Position numbers and translations under genes: made by a program. This document shows, piece after piece, positions 29,201 through 38,415 of a DNA stretch of 63,721 bases (position 1 is the stretch's first letter; each line of letters opens with the position of its first letter). This DNA is from a virus. Lineage: Duplodnaviria > Caudoviricetes. Location: positions 1 to 63,721 of IMG/VR virus record IMGVR_UViG_3300033273_000571. The stretch is one strand, 5' to 3'. The notes under the pieces were generated by a model. That model did not search any database. It was not told the DNA's origin and saw nothing but the letters and a program-made list of their open reading frames with translations.

Positions 29201-30016
29201 TTACGATCGTGCATATTCAAAAGTCCACTTACTTTGTGAAAGATTTGTAATCTCATATAAATGTTTTTCATTCCAAGTGTGACCGGTCATTTGTACATGT
29301 ACAAATTTAGTATTATTATCTCTTTCATCATTAATATTGCCAGTAATTGCTAACGGACCTCTGATATAATGAATTTGTGAGTTCCATCCGTTATCCATTT
29401 CAACAAAATCAATATCATTAACAAATGCCATAGCATGAAAATAATTTTGATCAACGGTATAGAATCGTTGAAATCCTTTGCTTTTCATTAGATTTATATA
29501 TTCCTGGAATGGCATCCAGTTTCTGGCCTTTTGCATTCCTTCATTTGAAAATATTACAACGCCAGCGTTATACACTTTAAGATGACCATCATTATCACGT
29601 GGTAGCGTTACATTCCACTTTTCTTTAATAACACTAGCCCATTTCTCATCATTCGCTTTATTAATGTGGCCACCAACGGTAACGGTAGCTCTTTGTTTCC
29701 CTTGGAATCGTTCGGTACATGCCCCGACATCTCCAAAGTCTTGATCAAAAATGTTTTCCTTTAAATTCTCTACAGGAAAAATATCTAAGTCAAGGACTAA
29801 AACATTATCATATTCTAAAAAAGAATCGTCGATTATAGGATTTAACCATTCCCAATATGGACCATTACTATCTACGTATCTAGACGCGATATTAGGATTT
29901 ATATGCAAAAGGTATTCAGCTCCAATACGATCCGCATATTGTTTCATAAGCTTACTACTAACTTTTGCTTCTTCCGAAAGAGTTCCACTCCATACTTGAT
30001 AAATTAAATTTTTCAT
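29201..30016 (-). CDS. GT-A glycosyltransferase
   Basis: LDLDI, YNAGV, DQNY, KFVH. Confidence 0.7.
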   Translation of the reverse strand: MKNLIYQVWSGTLSEEAKVSSKLMKQYADRIGAEYLLHINPNIASRYVDSNGPYWEWLNPIIDDSFLEYDNVLVLDLDIFPVENLKENIFDQDFGDVGACTERFQGKQRATVTVGGHINKANDEKWASVIKEKWNVTLPRDNDGHLKVYNAGVVIFSNEGMQKARNWMPFQEYINLMKSKGFQRFYTVDQNYFHAMAFVNDIDFVEMDNGWNSQIHYIRGPLAITGNINDERDNNTKFVHVQMTGHTWNEKHLYEITNLSQSKWTFEYARS

Positions 30017-31179
30017 ATAACTGCTTTTATCAATTCTACGTCCGCAATATCTTTTGGTTCATTTCGTGATATTTTCATATTCTTTATTACATCTAAGGAG
30101 ACATATTTAAAACCCTGATAATATAAGTGATAGAGCGGATTGTTAACGATGTCATCAACTGATAGATTATAATAAGTTTCTAGATATTGATTGTGAGAGT
30201 CAGGCGGTGGATCTTTATAATAAATTAGATCTAAGTCCTTGCAGTCTCTTAATCCATATAATGATAATATACCTGAACCAGTAATTACTTTATTATCGTC
30301 TGGTTGCATAGAAGACATCAATTGTTTATGTTTAGGGAATGAAACATTCTTTCTATTATTAAGAAAATGTATACTATTATCGTTAAATACTGTTTTAGCT
30401 ATTCTGATAGCGTCTTCATGAAAATCACTGATATGAACAGAATGATTACCAACATTAAATAGTTTTCTAATTTTAGCTTTCATTTCTTTTACAGTTTCAA
30501 GATCCTTTGCATCTATTAATACAAATGTTACTGTAGACTCTCCCCTAAAACACTGATTCCCCTTTCTTCTTATACCTTCTTCATTTGCCCAGCCTTCAAT
30601 AAAATATATTTCTTTCATTAGACCAAGCTGTCCTGTAGCATTTAGTTTTACAGTTGATTGATAAAATACATTAGAATATTCATTCATTATATCCATAACT
30701 TCATTCATGCGTGTGTGAGCAATAGGAAATAAACACACGACATGTGAGTTTGGTTTTAGTTTTGCATACTCTATTGCTGTTCTATTCAACATATGCCTTG
30801 GTAATTTTTTTTTCTTAAAGAAATTATAATCAGTATGAAGAGGATAATTTTCAGTTGAATTAGTATCTCTAATATTAATAGGTCTTTGATGATATAATGC
30901 AGCTGCTAGTCTATGTGCACCATTTGCAATATGCCCATCAGGATTTACCGGAACTGGTTCGTCTACAGTATTATTAATGATAGACTTAAATGCGTTATCA
31001 AAGTCTTGAAACCCTCTTTTTCTTGGAGTACCTTCATAAAAACCGTTCCAAACTTTTAGATGGGTCTCGTACATATTTTTATAAAATTTACTTGACAAAT
31101 TTGATGCGTACAAATATTTAATAACAACGTCGAATCGTTTATATGTTAATAAATTATTTGGATTCTTTACTACATTCAT
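30013..31179 (-). CDS. hypothetical protein with ParB-like and nucleotidyltransferase-like motifs
   Basis: NGAHRLAAA; ITGSGILSLYGLRDCKDLD. Confidence 0.5.
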   Translation of the reverse strand: MNVVKNPNNLLTYKRFDVVIKYLYASNLSSKFYKNMYETHLKVWNGFYEGTPRKRGFQDFDNAFKSIINNTVDEPVPVNPDGHIANGAHRLAAALYHQRPINIRDTNSTENYPLHTDYNFFKKKKLPRHMLNRTAIEYAKLKPNSHVVCLFPIAHTRMNEVMDIMNEYSNVFYQSTVKLNATGQLGLMKEIYFIEGWANEEGIRRKGNQCFRGESTVTFVLIDAKDLETVKEMKAKIRKLFNVGNHSVHISDFHEDAIRIAKTVFNDNSIHFLNNRKNVSFPKHKQLMSSMQPDDNKVITGSGILSLYGLRDCKDLDLIYYKDPPPDSHNQYLETYYNLSVDDIVNNPLYHLYYQGFKYVSLDVIKNMKISRNEPKDIADVELIKAVI

Positions 31180-31844
31180 TCTTCAATAAGCCCTTGTCTA
31201 ACCATGTTATTATAATTATTAATTTTTAAAGTTGTAGGACCTGTAGGTGTTACTTTAGTTCTAATGTGAATCATTGCTGCAGATTGAATTCCCTTTCTGT
31301 AACTGCAATGACACCAATGAAAATTATTAGGCAAATATGGTTCGGCTGGTTTAAAATTTGCTAATGTTGCTAGCCGATGCATAATACCTTCATCTTCATA
31401 TTGTCCACTAAATTCTTTTACCCAAGATCCTAGACCTTTTCTTAATAATTGCCTTTGTTCTCTTGTAAGCTTCCAGACAGCTCCACCCCAATAAGGAAAA
31501 TTCATATTGGTAAGGTGGGGTTTTCTAGATTTCATTTTTTGATGTAATGACGCTTGAAATTCTGTATGCATACCAATTCCAGGAACTTCAAAGATATTCT
31601 CATTCATTCCCTTGCGTGTGAACATATCGATGTCAAACATAACAACTGTATCATAGTCATCAAACTGTTTATCTAACATGATGAGTTTTTGACAAGGATG
31701 AGTTAAGCTCGGATCAAAAACATCACCCTCAATGAATTTATATTCAACGTTTAATTTAGTAGCATATTTTTTAATGTTTTTAATGGAAAAATCTTCTAAG
31801 GGAGTGGTTATTCCAGTATAATGTTGTAGAATAATATTTTTCAT
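31176..31844 (-). CDS. GT-A glycosyltransferase-like protein
   Basis: FDIDM (DxD), DEGIMH. Confidence 0.6.
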   Translation of the reverse strand: MKNIILQHYTGITTPLEDFSIKNIKKYATKLNVEYKFIEGDVFDPSLTHPCQKLIMLDKQFDDYDTVVMFDIDMFTRKGMNENIFEVPGIGMHTEFQASLHQKMKSRKPHLTNMNFPYWGGAVWKLTREQRQLLRKGLGSWVKEFSGQYEDEGIMHRLATLANFKPAEPYLPNNFHWCHCSYRKGIQSAAMIHIRTKVTPTGPTTLKINNYNNMVRQGLIEE

Positions 31845-31846
31845 AA

Positions 31847-32647
31847 TTACACTTTCTCAACCTTTACGCCTTTAGATGAGGCTCTAGCTGTATGATGCGA
31901 CATATAACCGCGCGTAAATATTTTAATTTGATTTTGTTTCATACACATCGATGCTAAATGAAAAAATCCAGAATCTGTTCCTATATGATAATCAGCTTTA
32001 GACATTGCATACGCAACATTCTTTAAACAGCCAGGTCCATTGAGTAATTTATTTTCAGCATCTCCGCCGATAAATAAAATCTCATATCCTAATGATTTAT
32101 ATTGATTTAAAATGGCCTCTACTTTAAGAAATGGTATTTTTCTTGAATCAGTAGGATCATCTTTCCAGTAAGGAACATTGTTTGAATCAAATTGAGCTGT
32201 AACAAATTTTTGTGGAAGATCTAGATCGCCATTTACTTTTAATTGTGGATAGCCTAAATAATTTGATGCATCAAACATTTCTAATGGTTGTTTATTAAAT
32301 CTAAAATTGGTATCGCTATAGTAATATGTTTGTGCGTCTATTCCTTTATCTAATAAGTAATTGATCCAGTTTGCTTCAGATAAATTTTCTACTTGGTGCG
32401 CTTTTACATATACAGGTGAACCTTCAAAAAGATTTAAAATTTCATTCCAAGATTTTATTTTCATATCATTAGCATATCCCTTTGATATACTCCATTTATC
32501 ATCTGTCAAATGAAGTGTTACCGGGGTATTATGTTTTTTACTATAAACATACGCCATATGAGCAGCATGTAATCTATCGCCAAGACCAGGTGTAGTATAT
32601 GGAGCATCTTTGTTTAAACTTTTAGATCTTATCGCGATATGTTTCAT
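31847..32647 (-). CDS. GT-B (GT9-like) glycosyltransferase
   Basis: GLGDR and HIGTDSGFFHLA. Confidence 0.65.
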   Translation of the reverse strand: MKHIAIRSKSLNKDAPYTTPGLGDRLHAAHMAYVYSKKHNTPVTLHLTDDKWSISKGYANDMKIKSWNEILNLFEGSPVYVKAHQVENLSEANWINYLLDKGIDAQTYYYSDTNFRFNKQPLEMFDASNYLGYPQLKVNGDLDLPQKFVTAQFDSNNVPYWKDDPTDSRKIPFLKVEAILNQYKSLGYEILFIGGDAENKLLNGPGCLKNVAYAMSKADYHIGTDSGFFHLASMCMKQNQIKIFTRGYMSHHTARASSKGVKVEKV

Positions 32648-33426
32648 AGTATTTGTTCCATTAGCTCTTCAACATTTTCACCACGATTAGGTAACTTATC
32701 TTTCAAAAAGAAATGCACAAAATGCGCTTCTTTTGGATTCTTTACTGCAGTGTATAATGCGTTCCACTTCCAGTCTAAATGCTGCTGAACTACATTATCT
32801 TTTCTTACCCAATAATTTAATAGAGTTTGATCCGTCGACCATTTCCACGCACCAAGACCATCAACAAAATCTTTAAAATCAGATCTGTTAATAAATGCCC
32901 TTGCATTTGGAGCTTTCATTTTTTGAGTAATGCTTTTATTCATCAGCATCAAACCCATATTGTAAAATTCGTAACCTAAATTATTAGGTGCAAAATCTAC
33001 CTTTTTACTAAGGCCTTGATATTGCATAGCTGAATAGTTTTTGATTTTCTGTTTATACCAATCATGTATTGGCATCTCACGTTCAATAACGCCTGCAAAA
33101 TCTGTATTTGGATCTAGTTGATCAAATATATTAGGAGATGAAGGGCGGATATAAATGTCAGCATCAACAATACAAATTTGGTCGTATTGATGAAAGTAGT
33201 CAAGCGCATTCTCTTTTTCATAGATCGGTAAGAACCCACCGTGTTTTTCATATGATTCTTTAGATCGATTAGTAGCGAATACATCTGGCTTGATTCTTAA
33301 GATAGGAGTTTTCTGAATTACATGGTCGATGCCATGCTCTTTACAATATGCTGCAACTGATGAAGTGCAGTGATCATATAATCTAGAAGGCTTACCAACG
33401 TAAACCTGATATATCATTCGTTTCAT
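32644..33426 (-). CDS. GT8-like glycosyltransferase
   Basis: VDADI, NMGL, DQTLLN, WKWNAL, FVHF. Confidence 0.75.
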   Translation of the reverse strand: MKRMIYQVYVGKPSRLYDHCTSSVAAYCKEHGIDHVIQKTPILRIKPDVFATNRSKESYEKHGGFLPIYEKENALDYFHQYDQICIVDADIYIRPSSPNIFDQLDPNTDFAGVIEREMPIHDWYKQKIKNYSAMQYQGLSKKVDFAPNNLGYEFYNMGLMLMNKSITQKMKAPNARAFINRSDFKDFVDGLGAWKWSTDQTLLNYWVRKDNVVQQHLDWKWNALYTAVKNPKEAHFVHFFLKDKLPNRGENVEELMEQIL

Positions 33427-33429
33427 AAA

Positions 33430-33600
33430 TTAACGCTTTTTCCATTCAACACATGTATATGTATATTTTCCATCGAGCTCATCGGTCATAGCTTTCCCGA
33501 TGTCCCTGCATTCACCCCAGCTTGTGTACCATCCTTGGTCATAAGCGATGACCTCAGGATTTGGCCCTGAGGTCATCATCATAACTAATAATACCCACAT
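33430..33600 (-). CDS. small protein with hydrophobic N-terminus
   Basis: hand translation MWVLLVMMMTSGPNPEVIAYDQGWYTSWGECRD... (56 aa); fills the gap between genes. Confidence 0.55.
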   Translation of the reverse strand: MWVLLVMMMTSGPNPEVIAYDQGWYTSWGECRDIGKAMTDELDGKYTYTCVEWKKR

Positions 33601-33924
33601 TTATTTTTTCTTTAAAGCATCAGCTCCAAAAAATGCTGACACCAAAACTGCAATCGATGCAAAGTATGTTGGTGCAATATCAGCAATTAAATCTGCTGCT
33701 TTATCTAATCCAAATAACGAAGTTATGAATATCCCTAATGGATACAATAACAGTCCAAAAAGTGCAAACCAAGCCATTTGGCGAATGGCATCGCGTTGTG
33801 CATCAGCATCTTCCATTTCTTTACGCTTGAACTCCAAATACATTTCACGTTCTTCATCAGATACTTGGCCATCGCCATTTGTATCTGCTGGATGATATCC
33901 AGCTTTTTCTAGTTCCTCTCCCAT
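33601..33924 (-). CDS. membrane protein with EF-hand-like loop
   Basis: DTNGDGQVSDEE plus two TM segments. Confidence 0.65.
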   Translation of the reverse strand: MGEELEKAGYHPADTNGDGQVSDEEREMYLEFKRKEMEDADAQRDAIRQMAWFALFGLLLYPLGIFITSLFGLDKAADLIADIAPTYFASIAVLVSAFFGADALKKK

Positions 33925-33939
33925 TTTTAACCTCTCTCT

Positions 33940-33968
33940 ATTATACTATGTTTTTGTATTTATGTAAA
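33940..33968 (-). promoter_or_regulatory. early/middle promoter ahead of the glycosylation island
   Basis: TTTACA-N17-TATAAT. Confidence 0.7.
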
Positions 33969-33974
33969 CACTTA

Positions 33975-36506
33975 TTAACTCGCTGTACCAGTTGTCTGAG
34001 TGCCGTAACCTTGTTCTACTGTTGGTGCTGTAAATGTTCCAGATCCGGTTCCAGTATACTTTGCCGTACCCACTAAGAATTGAATATTCTCATACCAATG
34101 ATTAGAACCAAATATAATATAACCACCAGAACTAGTAATGTCCTCTGAACCATAACTTTGACTACCTTTGTAGGCGCCATTTTCATATAGGTAAACAGTA
34201 GTTCCTCCATTTTTTACTAGCGCAACGTGGTTCCATCCATCTGCAAATTGACCTCCAGATTTATTACTGACACCGCCAGTAAATCCTATTCTATACTTAT
34301 AATTTGTTCCATAATCAACTTGCATTAATAAGCGCATTTTAATAGTTCCGGCTGAATTATATAAGTTAAAATAATCACCAGCGCCAGTTCCTCTCCACCA
34401 GAATTCCAATGTCCACTTATCAGCCTCTATACCAATTGGTAAATTAAATCTTGCACCCTTATAAGCAAACGATCCAAATTTAGAATATGTGTTATCAACA
34501 GTAGAACTATTATTCAGAATGTTACTGTTTCCAGCTTTATCGTAAATATATCCGTTATCCATCGGTAACCATACTTCAGAAGATCCTGCACCTACCTTAT
34601 CTGCAGGAGCTGTGAAGGCTGAAGTATAAACCGCAGTACCCTTTGTAATCCTAAAATCGGCAAGATAACCCCTGAATTCAGAAGTATTGGCTGCATTACA
34701 TCCAATACGAGTATAACTAAAATCATTATTAAATGATTGATTGGATGAAACTGATGCCGATGCAACTTCTACACCATTTTGATAAATTTTACAACTGGTG
34801 CCGTTTCGTACAAATGCAGCATGCGTCCATGCATATGGTGACCAGTTTGTATCCGAATATGCAAGTGTCTGCCAAGCACTGACGAACGCGTTCCATTGCA
34901 ATCGCTTGTTGTTACCAGACGTTTGAATGTGAAATTCAGCGGTTCCAGATGTACCTGGATTATTAAACCCATTTACAATTGTGTAGGTTGATGTCGCAAT
35001 TGTTCCTGAAGGATAGAACCAAAACTCAATAGTAAAATCATCTGTACCAAAATCTGTTACAGTTCCATCTGTAACTTGAATTGATGCATTATTGTCTGCA
35101 TCACCAAACCATAGTGATCCGTAGCGATTATTCCGCTCATACTCAGAGCCTTGACCAAATGGGTTGAAGGCAGAGATTTTTGGTGTACTATTAGTAGTAA
35201 TAGTATAATTATTTCCACTGTTATCAACAAAACGATTTGATTGACATAACAGCAATTTAGTATTAGTAATTGCTGTAAGTTTACTTGTTGGAACTGTAAT
35301 TGATGTTTGGCTAGGATCATATACTGCAGATCCTAATACATATCTTAAATTTGAAATAAAGCCCGTGTAATCCTGATCATATGTAGTTGCACGAGCACCA
35401 ATACCAAATCCACGATTATTATTAGTAAGAGTTGCAGAGGTAGTAATAGTCCAACCACGAGTTCCGTCAACATATCCAGATATAGTAGATCCGGATCTTA
35501 CAACTGCAAAATGATGCCACTGCCCCAAATTTACACTACCAATATCTGATCCATTGACAATATCAAAACTACTACCAGTAGAACTCATATAAACACATAT
35601 CGTAGATCCATCGGTGTAAATATTTAACGGTGCATATACACCACTACTACTTTTGGTAAAAATACATCCATGATTCGAACTATAATTATCTGATGTTGGG
35701 CATATCCAACCTTCTACACAGAAATCGTTATTGCTATATTCTAAATTTGCATCATCAGCAATAATTAATGCGTCATCAGATCCATCAAAGAAGACACCCC
35801 AATTATCTAAATAAGGATGGAAAGATCCTTGAGCTGGATACCCAGATGCACTATTAATACCAATTGCATACCCATTCCCAGATCGATCTGCTACGGCTGC
35901 AGTTGTAGCACCTTGACCATCTGAATGGCCGATACTATGTACAACATTCTTCCATAGCGGAGAAACAAAGTTCAGCGTAAACGTCTGCACACCAGATGAT
36001 GCCGTATTAACACCATCGGTAGCAGTAAATGTAATTGTACCGGATGTAGTTGTGGCAGAATCTTCACTCAATGGTGTAATAGTAAAGACGTTACTTGACT
36101 GAGATAATGTAGCAATTCCACTAAAGTCACTATCGGCACTAGATTCATAAGTTAATGGATCGCCATCAGAGTCAGTGGCAGTAATCGTAATTGTAGTTAC
36201 TGTACCTTCAGCTGATAATGTAAATGGAGTTGTAATGCCATCTGAATCTGCAACCGATGTAATACTTGGTGCAAGATTTAATAATGCAACATTATACCAA
36301 CCACTACCATTCCAGATATATAACCGACTGTTATCTGTTACAAATGCTTGATCGCCGGCAGTATTACCAGAAGATGGTAAACTAGAACGAGTGGCATATA
36401 CTGTGACGCCACCACCTCCAACACCATCAGCTAAACCAGTTTGTGTAATGTTTCCATCATCATCAATATCTTTTGCTAATTTACTTAGTAGTCTTGAACG
36501 GCTCAT
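33975..36506 (-). CDS. fibre/adhesin protein with Ig/cadherin-like and multiple LamG (ConA-like) domains
   Basis: DFCVEGW, WHHFAVVRSG, DFTIEFW, WTHAAFVRNG, WNHVALVKNG repeats. Confidence 0.8.
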   Translation of the reverse strand: MSRSRLLSKLAKDIDDDGNITQTGLADGVGGGGVTVYATRSSLPSSGNTAGDQAFVTDNSRLYIWNGSGWYNVALLNLAPSITSVADSDGITTPFTLSAEGTVTTITITATDSDGDPLTYESSADSDFSGIATLSQSSNVFTITPLSEDSATTTSGTITFTATDGVNTASSGVQTFTLNFVSPLWKNVVHSIGHSDGQGATTAAVADRSGNGYAIGINSASGYPAQGSFHPYLDNWGVFFDGSDDALIIADDANLEYSNNDFCVEGWICPTSDNYSSNHGCIFTKSSSGVYAPLNIYTDGSTICVYMSSTGSSFDIVNGSDIGSVNLGQWHHFAVVRSGSTISGYVDGTRGWTITTSATLTNNNRGFGIGARATTYDQDYTGFISNLRYVLGSAVYDPSQTSITVPTSKLTAITNTKLLLCQSNRFVDNSGNNYTITTNSTPKISAFNPFGQGSEYERNNRYGSLWFGDADNNASIQVTDGTVTDFGTDDFTIEFWFYPSGTIATSTYTIVNGFNNPGTSGTAEFHIQTSGNNKRLQWNAFVSAWQTLAYSDTNWSPYAWTHAAFVRNGTSCKIYQNGVEVASASVSSNQSFNNDFSYTRIGCNAANTSEFRGYLADFRITKGTAVYTSAFTAPADKVGAGSSEVWLPMDNGYIYDKAGNSNILNNSSTVDNTYSKFGSFAYKGARFNLPIGIEADKWTLEFWWRGTGAGDYFNLYNSAGTIKMRLLMQVDYGTNYKYRIGFTGGVSNKSGGQFADGWNHVALVKNGGTTVYLYENGAYKGSQSYGSEDITSSGGYIIFGSNHWYENIQFLVGTAKYTGTGSGTFTAPTVEQGYGTQTTGTAS
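36412..36496. repeat. 85-bp direct repeat, copy 1
   Basis: matches 38309..38393 with 2 mismatches. Confidence 0.9.
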
Positions 36507-36516
36507 ATTTTTTCTC

Positions 36517-36816
36517 TTATGCTGAGTCTATAACCCATAAACATGTATCGGAATCTAGAATATAGTTTCCGAGCGGTTGTGGTGGAATAAATGCGTCTCT
36601 ATCAGAATCGTACGAATACCCAATACCGGCATAATTTTTACGGAAGTTTCCATTGTAACTAGTTTGTATATATTTTCCAGTTGTATAGAGTGATTCGCAA
36701 AACGAGATACCTAATGATTCTTGTTCTACATTATTACTATCAAGTAACACATTGTTATTAATAACATAAACTGCAGTTACAATATTGTTAGTGTTTAGTT
36801 TCGCAAAATGTGCCAT
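36517..36816 (-). CDS. small fibre-associated protein
   Basis: MAHFAKL...QTSYNGNFRKNYAGIGY.YD..RDAFIPP family, usually beside Gly-rich genes. Confidence 0.75.
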   Translation of the reverse strand: MAHFAKLNTNNIVTAVYVINNNVLLDSNNVEQESLGISFCESLYTTGKYIQTSYNGNFRKNYAGIGYSYDSDRDAFIPPQPLGNYILDSDTCLWVIDSA

Positions 36817-37835
36817 TATATTGTTAAACTCCCGCTGCCAGTAAAAATATAAATTGTATCACTGCCTTCAGTTACTGAAGCAGGGGATCCTGTTGTTGTC
36901 GATGCTGCTTGACTGCATCTTAGAATTACCACTCCAGATCCACCAGTTGGTGTACCACTATGCCCCCCACCTGCACCGCCGCCAGTATTTGCAGTTCCGT
37001 TGCTTCCAGCATTATTATACGAAGAACCATTACCGCCTCCGCCTAAACCGCCAGTACCACCAGTTTGATTAAATGTTCCACCGGCACCACCGCCACCAAA
37101 GTATACATTCGAACCTGAAACTTCGCCGACACTATTGGAAGTAGCATTTGATGATGATATAATAGTTGTTATAACACCGTTACCACCATCACCCCCATGA
37201 CCATCGGCATCTGTACCAGCTACTTCACCAGCTTGACCAGTACCACCGCCTCCACCAGATGCAATATTTCCGTCGTTATCATGTCCGTCTGGATCACTTG
37301 CACCACCAGAATATCCATATCCATCCGATGAGGATCCTCCGGAATATTGTGCTTGTGTATTACGAGTTGATCCAGCACCAGCACCGCAACCACCATCATC
37401 ACCATCATTATTATAACTTGGAGCACCCGCACCACCAGTAGTAGATATCGTGGTGCCTCCGTACTGAATAGATGACGCAGTGCCGTCCGTATTATTTCCG
37501 GCGCCACCTCCGCCTACTGTTACTGTAATTACTGTACCAGCACTTAATGTTAAAGTCGTGTCTTTTGTGTTACCACCACCTTGACCATCTGTTGACCAAG
37601 TAGTCCTTAAAGAACCAGCGCCTCCACCGCCACCGGGATATCCAGCACCACCTACACCACCTCCACCTCCGCCGGCTTGTATTAGGAAATCAACCGTCGG
37701 GTCCACTGGAGCATTAACTCGATCACTATCAGCACTCATTTCAACTAGTTCTTGAAATACTAATGAACGTATACCACCAGTTGTTTGTCTGGTCTTGCCA
37801 ATAAATCCACGGTTTGCGTCGCGACGACCTGACAT
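36816..37835 (-). CDS. glycine-rich adhesin-like virion protein
   Basis: GGGGAG repeats, GTANTGGGAGG, GGSGVVILR. Confidence 0.75.
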   Translation of the reverse strand: MSGRRDANRGFIGKTRQTTGGIRSLVFQELVEMSADSDRVNAPVDPTVDFLIQAGGGGGGVGGAGYPGGGGGAGSLRTTWSTDGQGGGNTKDTTLTLSAGTVITVTVGGGGAGNNTDGTASSIQYGGTTISTTGGAGAPSYNNDGDDGGCGAGAGSTRNTQAQYSGGSSSDGYGYSGGASDPDGHDNDGNIASGGGGGTGQAGEVAGTDADGHGGDGGNGVITTIISSSNATSNSVGEVSGSNVYFGGGGAGGTFNQTGGTGGLGGGGNGSSYNNAGSNGTANTGGGAGGGHSGTPTGGSGVVILRCSQAASTTTGSPASVTEGSDTIYIFTGSGSLTI

Positions 37836-38197
37836 TAGCTTATCTCTTGGAAAGAAATTACGTAATCTAAAAAGTTAGCACTGCTTGGTGTAGCATTCAG
37901 CGTACTATTTTCTTCTAAGTAAACTGGCTTGTCAATTACTTGAATTGTAGTTGCTGGTGGAACACTTAAATTTTTTGTAAGATTACCATCATTATTTCCG
38001 TCATTTGCTACAAGATCGATTGTATAAGAAGATCCACTAGCACTATCCATATTGGTAATATATAATGATTTAATAACAACTAACTTTCCACTAGATGCAC
38101 TATTTTGCAAAATAGTTGTAGCACTTGCACTGGTTAAAGTATTAGTTGTACTAAATCCCTTGACTGATGTGGCATTGAATATATTCGGATTAGCCAT
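37835..38197 (-). CDS. small virion-associated beta protein
   Basis: MANPNI...VPPATT..VIDKPVYLEE. Confidence 0.7.
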   Translation of the reverse strand: MANPNIFNATSVKGFSTTNTLTSASATTILQNSASSGKLVVIKSLYITNMDSASGSSYTIDLVANDGNNDGNLTKNLSVPPATTIQVIDKPVYLEENSTLNATPSSANFLDYVISFQEIS

Positions 38198-38403
38198 TAA
38201 TCATCTCCTGATAAAATTGTATTATATGCAATGATAGCACCGGTCGTTCTATCAACAACATAATCTGAATCGATTAAACTTGTAATTGCAGCTGAGTCTA
38301 ATCCTCCGCCACCTCCAACACCATCAGCTAAACCGGTTTGTGTAATGTTTCCATCATCATCAATATCTTTTGCTAATTTACTTAGTAATCTTGCACGAGT
38401 CAT
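38197..38403 (-). CDS. short protein consisting mainly of the shared fibre N-terminal module
   Basis: N-terminus nearly identical to that of 33975..36506. Confidence 0.65.
   Translation of the reverse strand: MTRARLLSKLAKDIDDDGNITQTGLADGVGGGGGLDSAAITSLIDSDYVVDRTTGAIIAYNTILSGDD
38309..38393. repeat. 85-bp direct repeat, copy 2
   Basis: matches 36412..36496 with 2 mismatches. Confidence 0.9.
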
Positions 38404-38415
38404 CTTTTATCCTTA

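Noticed and set aside
33547-33577. 12-bp perfect inverted repeat GATGACCTCAGG/CCTGAGGTCATC
   Set aside because: Lies inside a small CDS with no U-tract; no supportable function
36412-38393. Direct repeat as a diversity-generating retroelement TR/VR pair
   Set aside because: Only 2 mismatches, located at gene 5' ends, and no reverse transcriptase in the window
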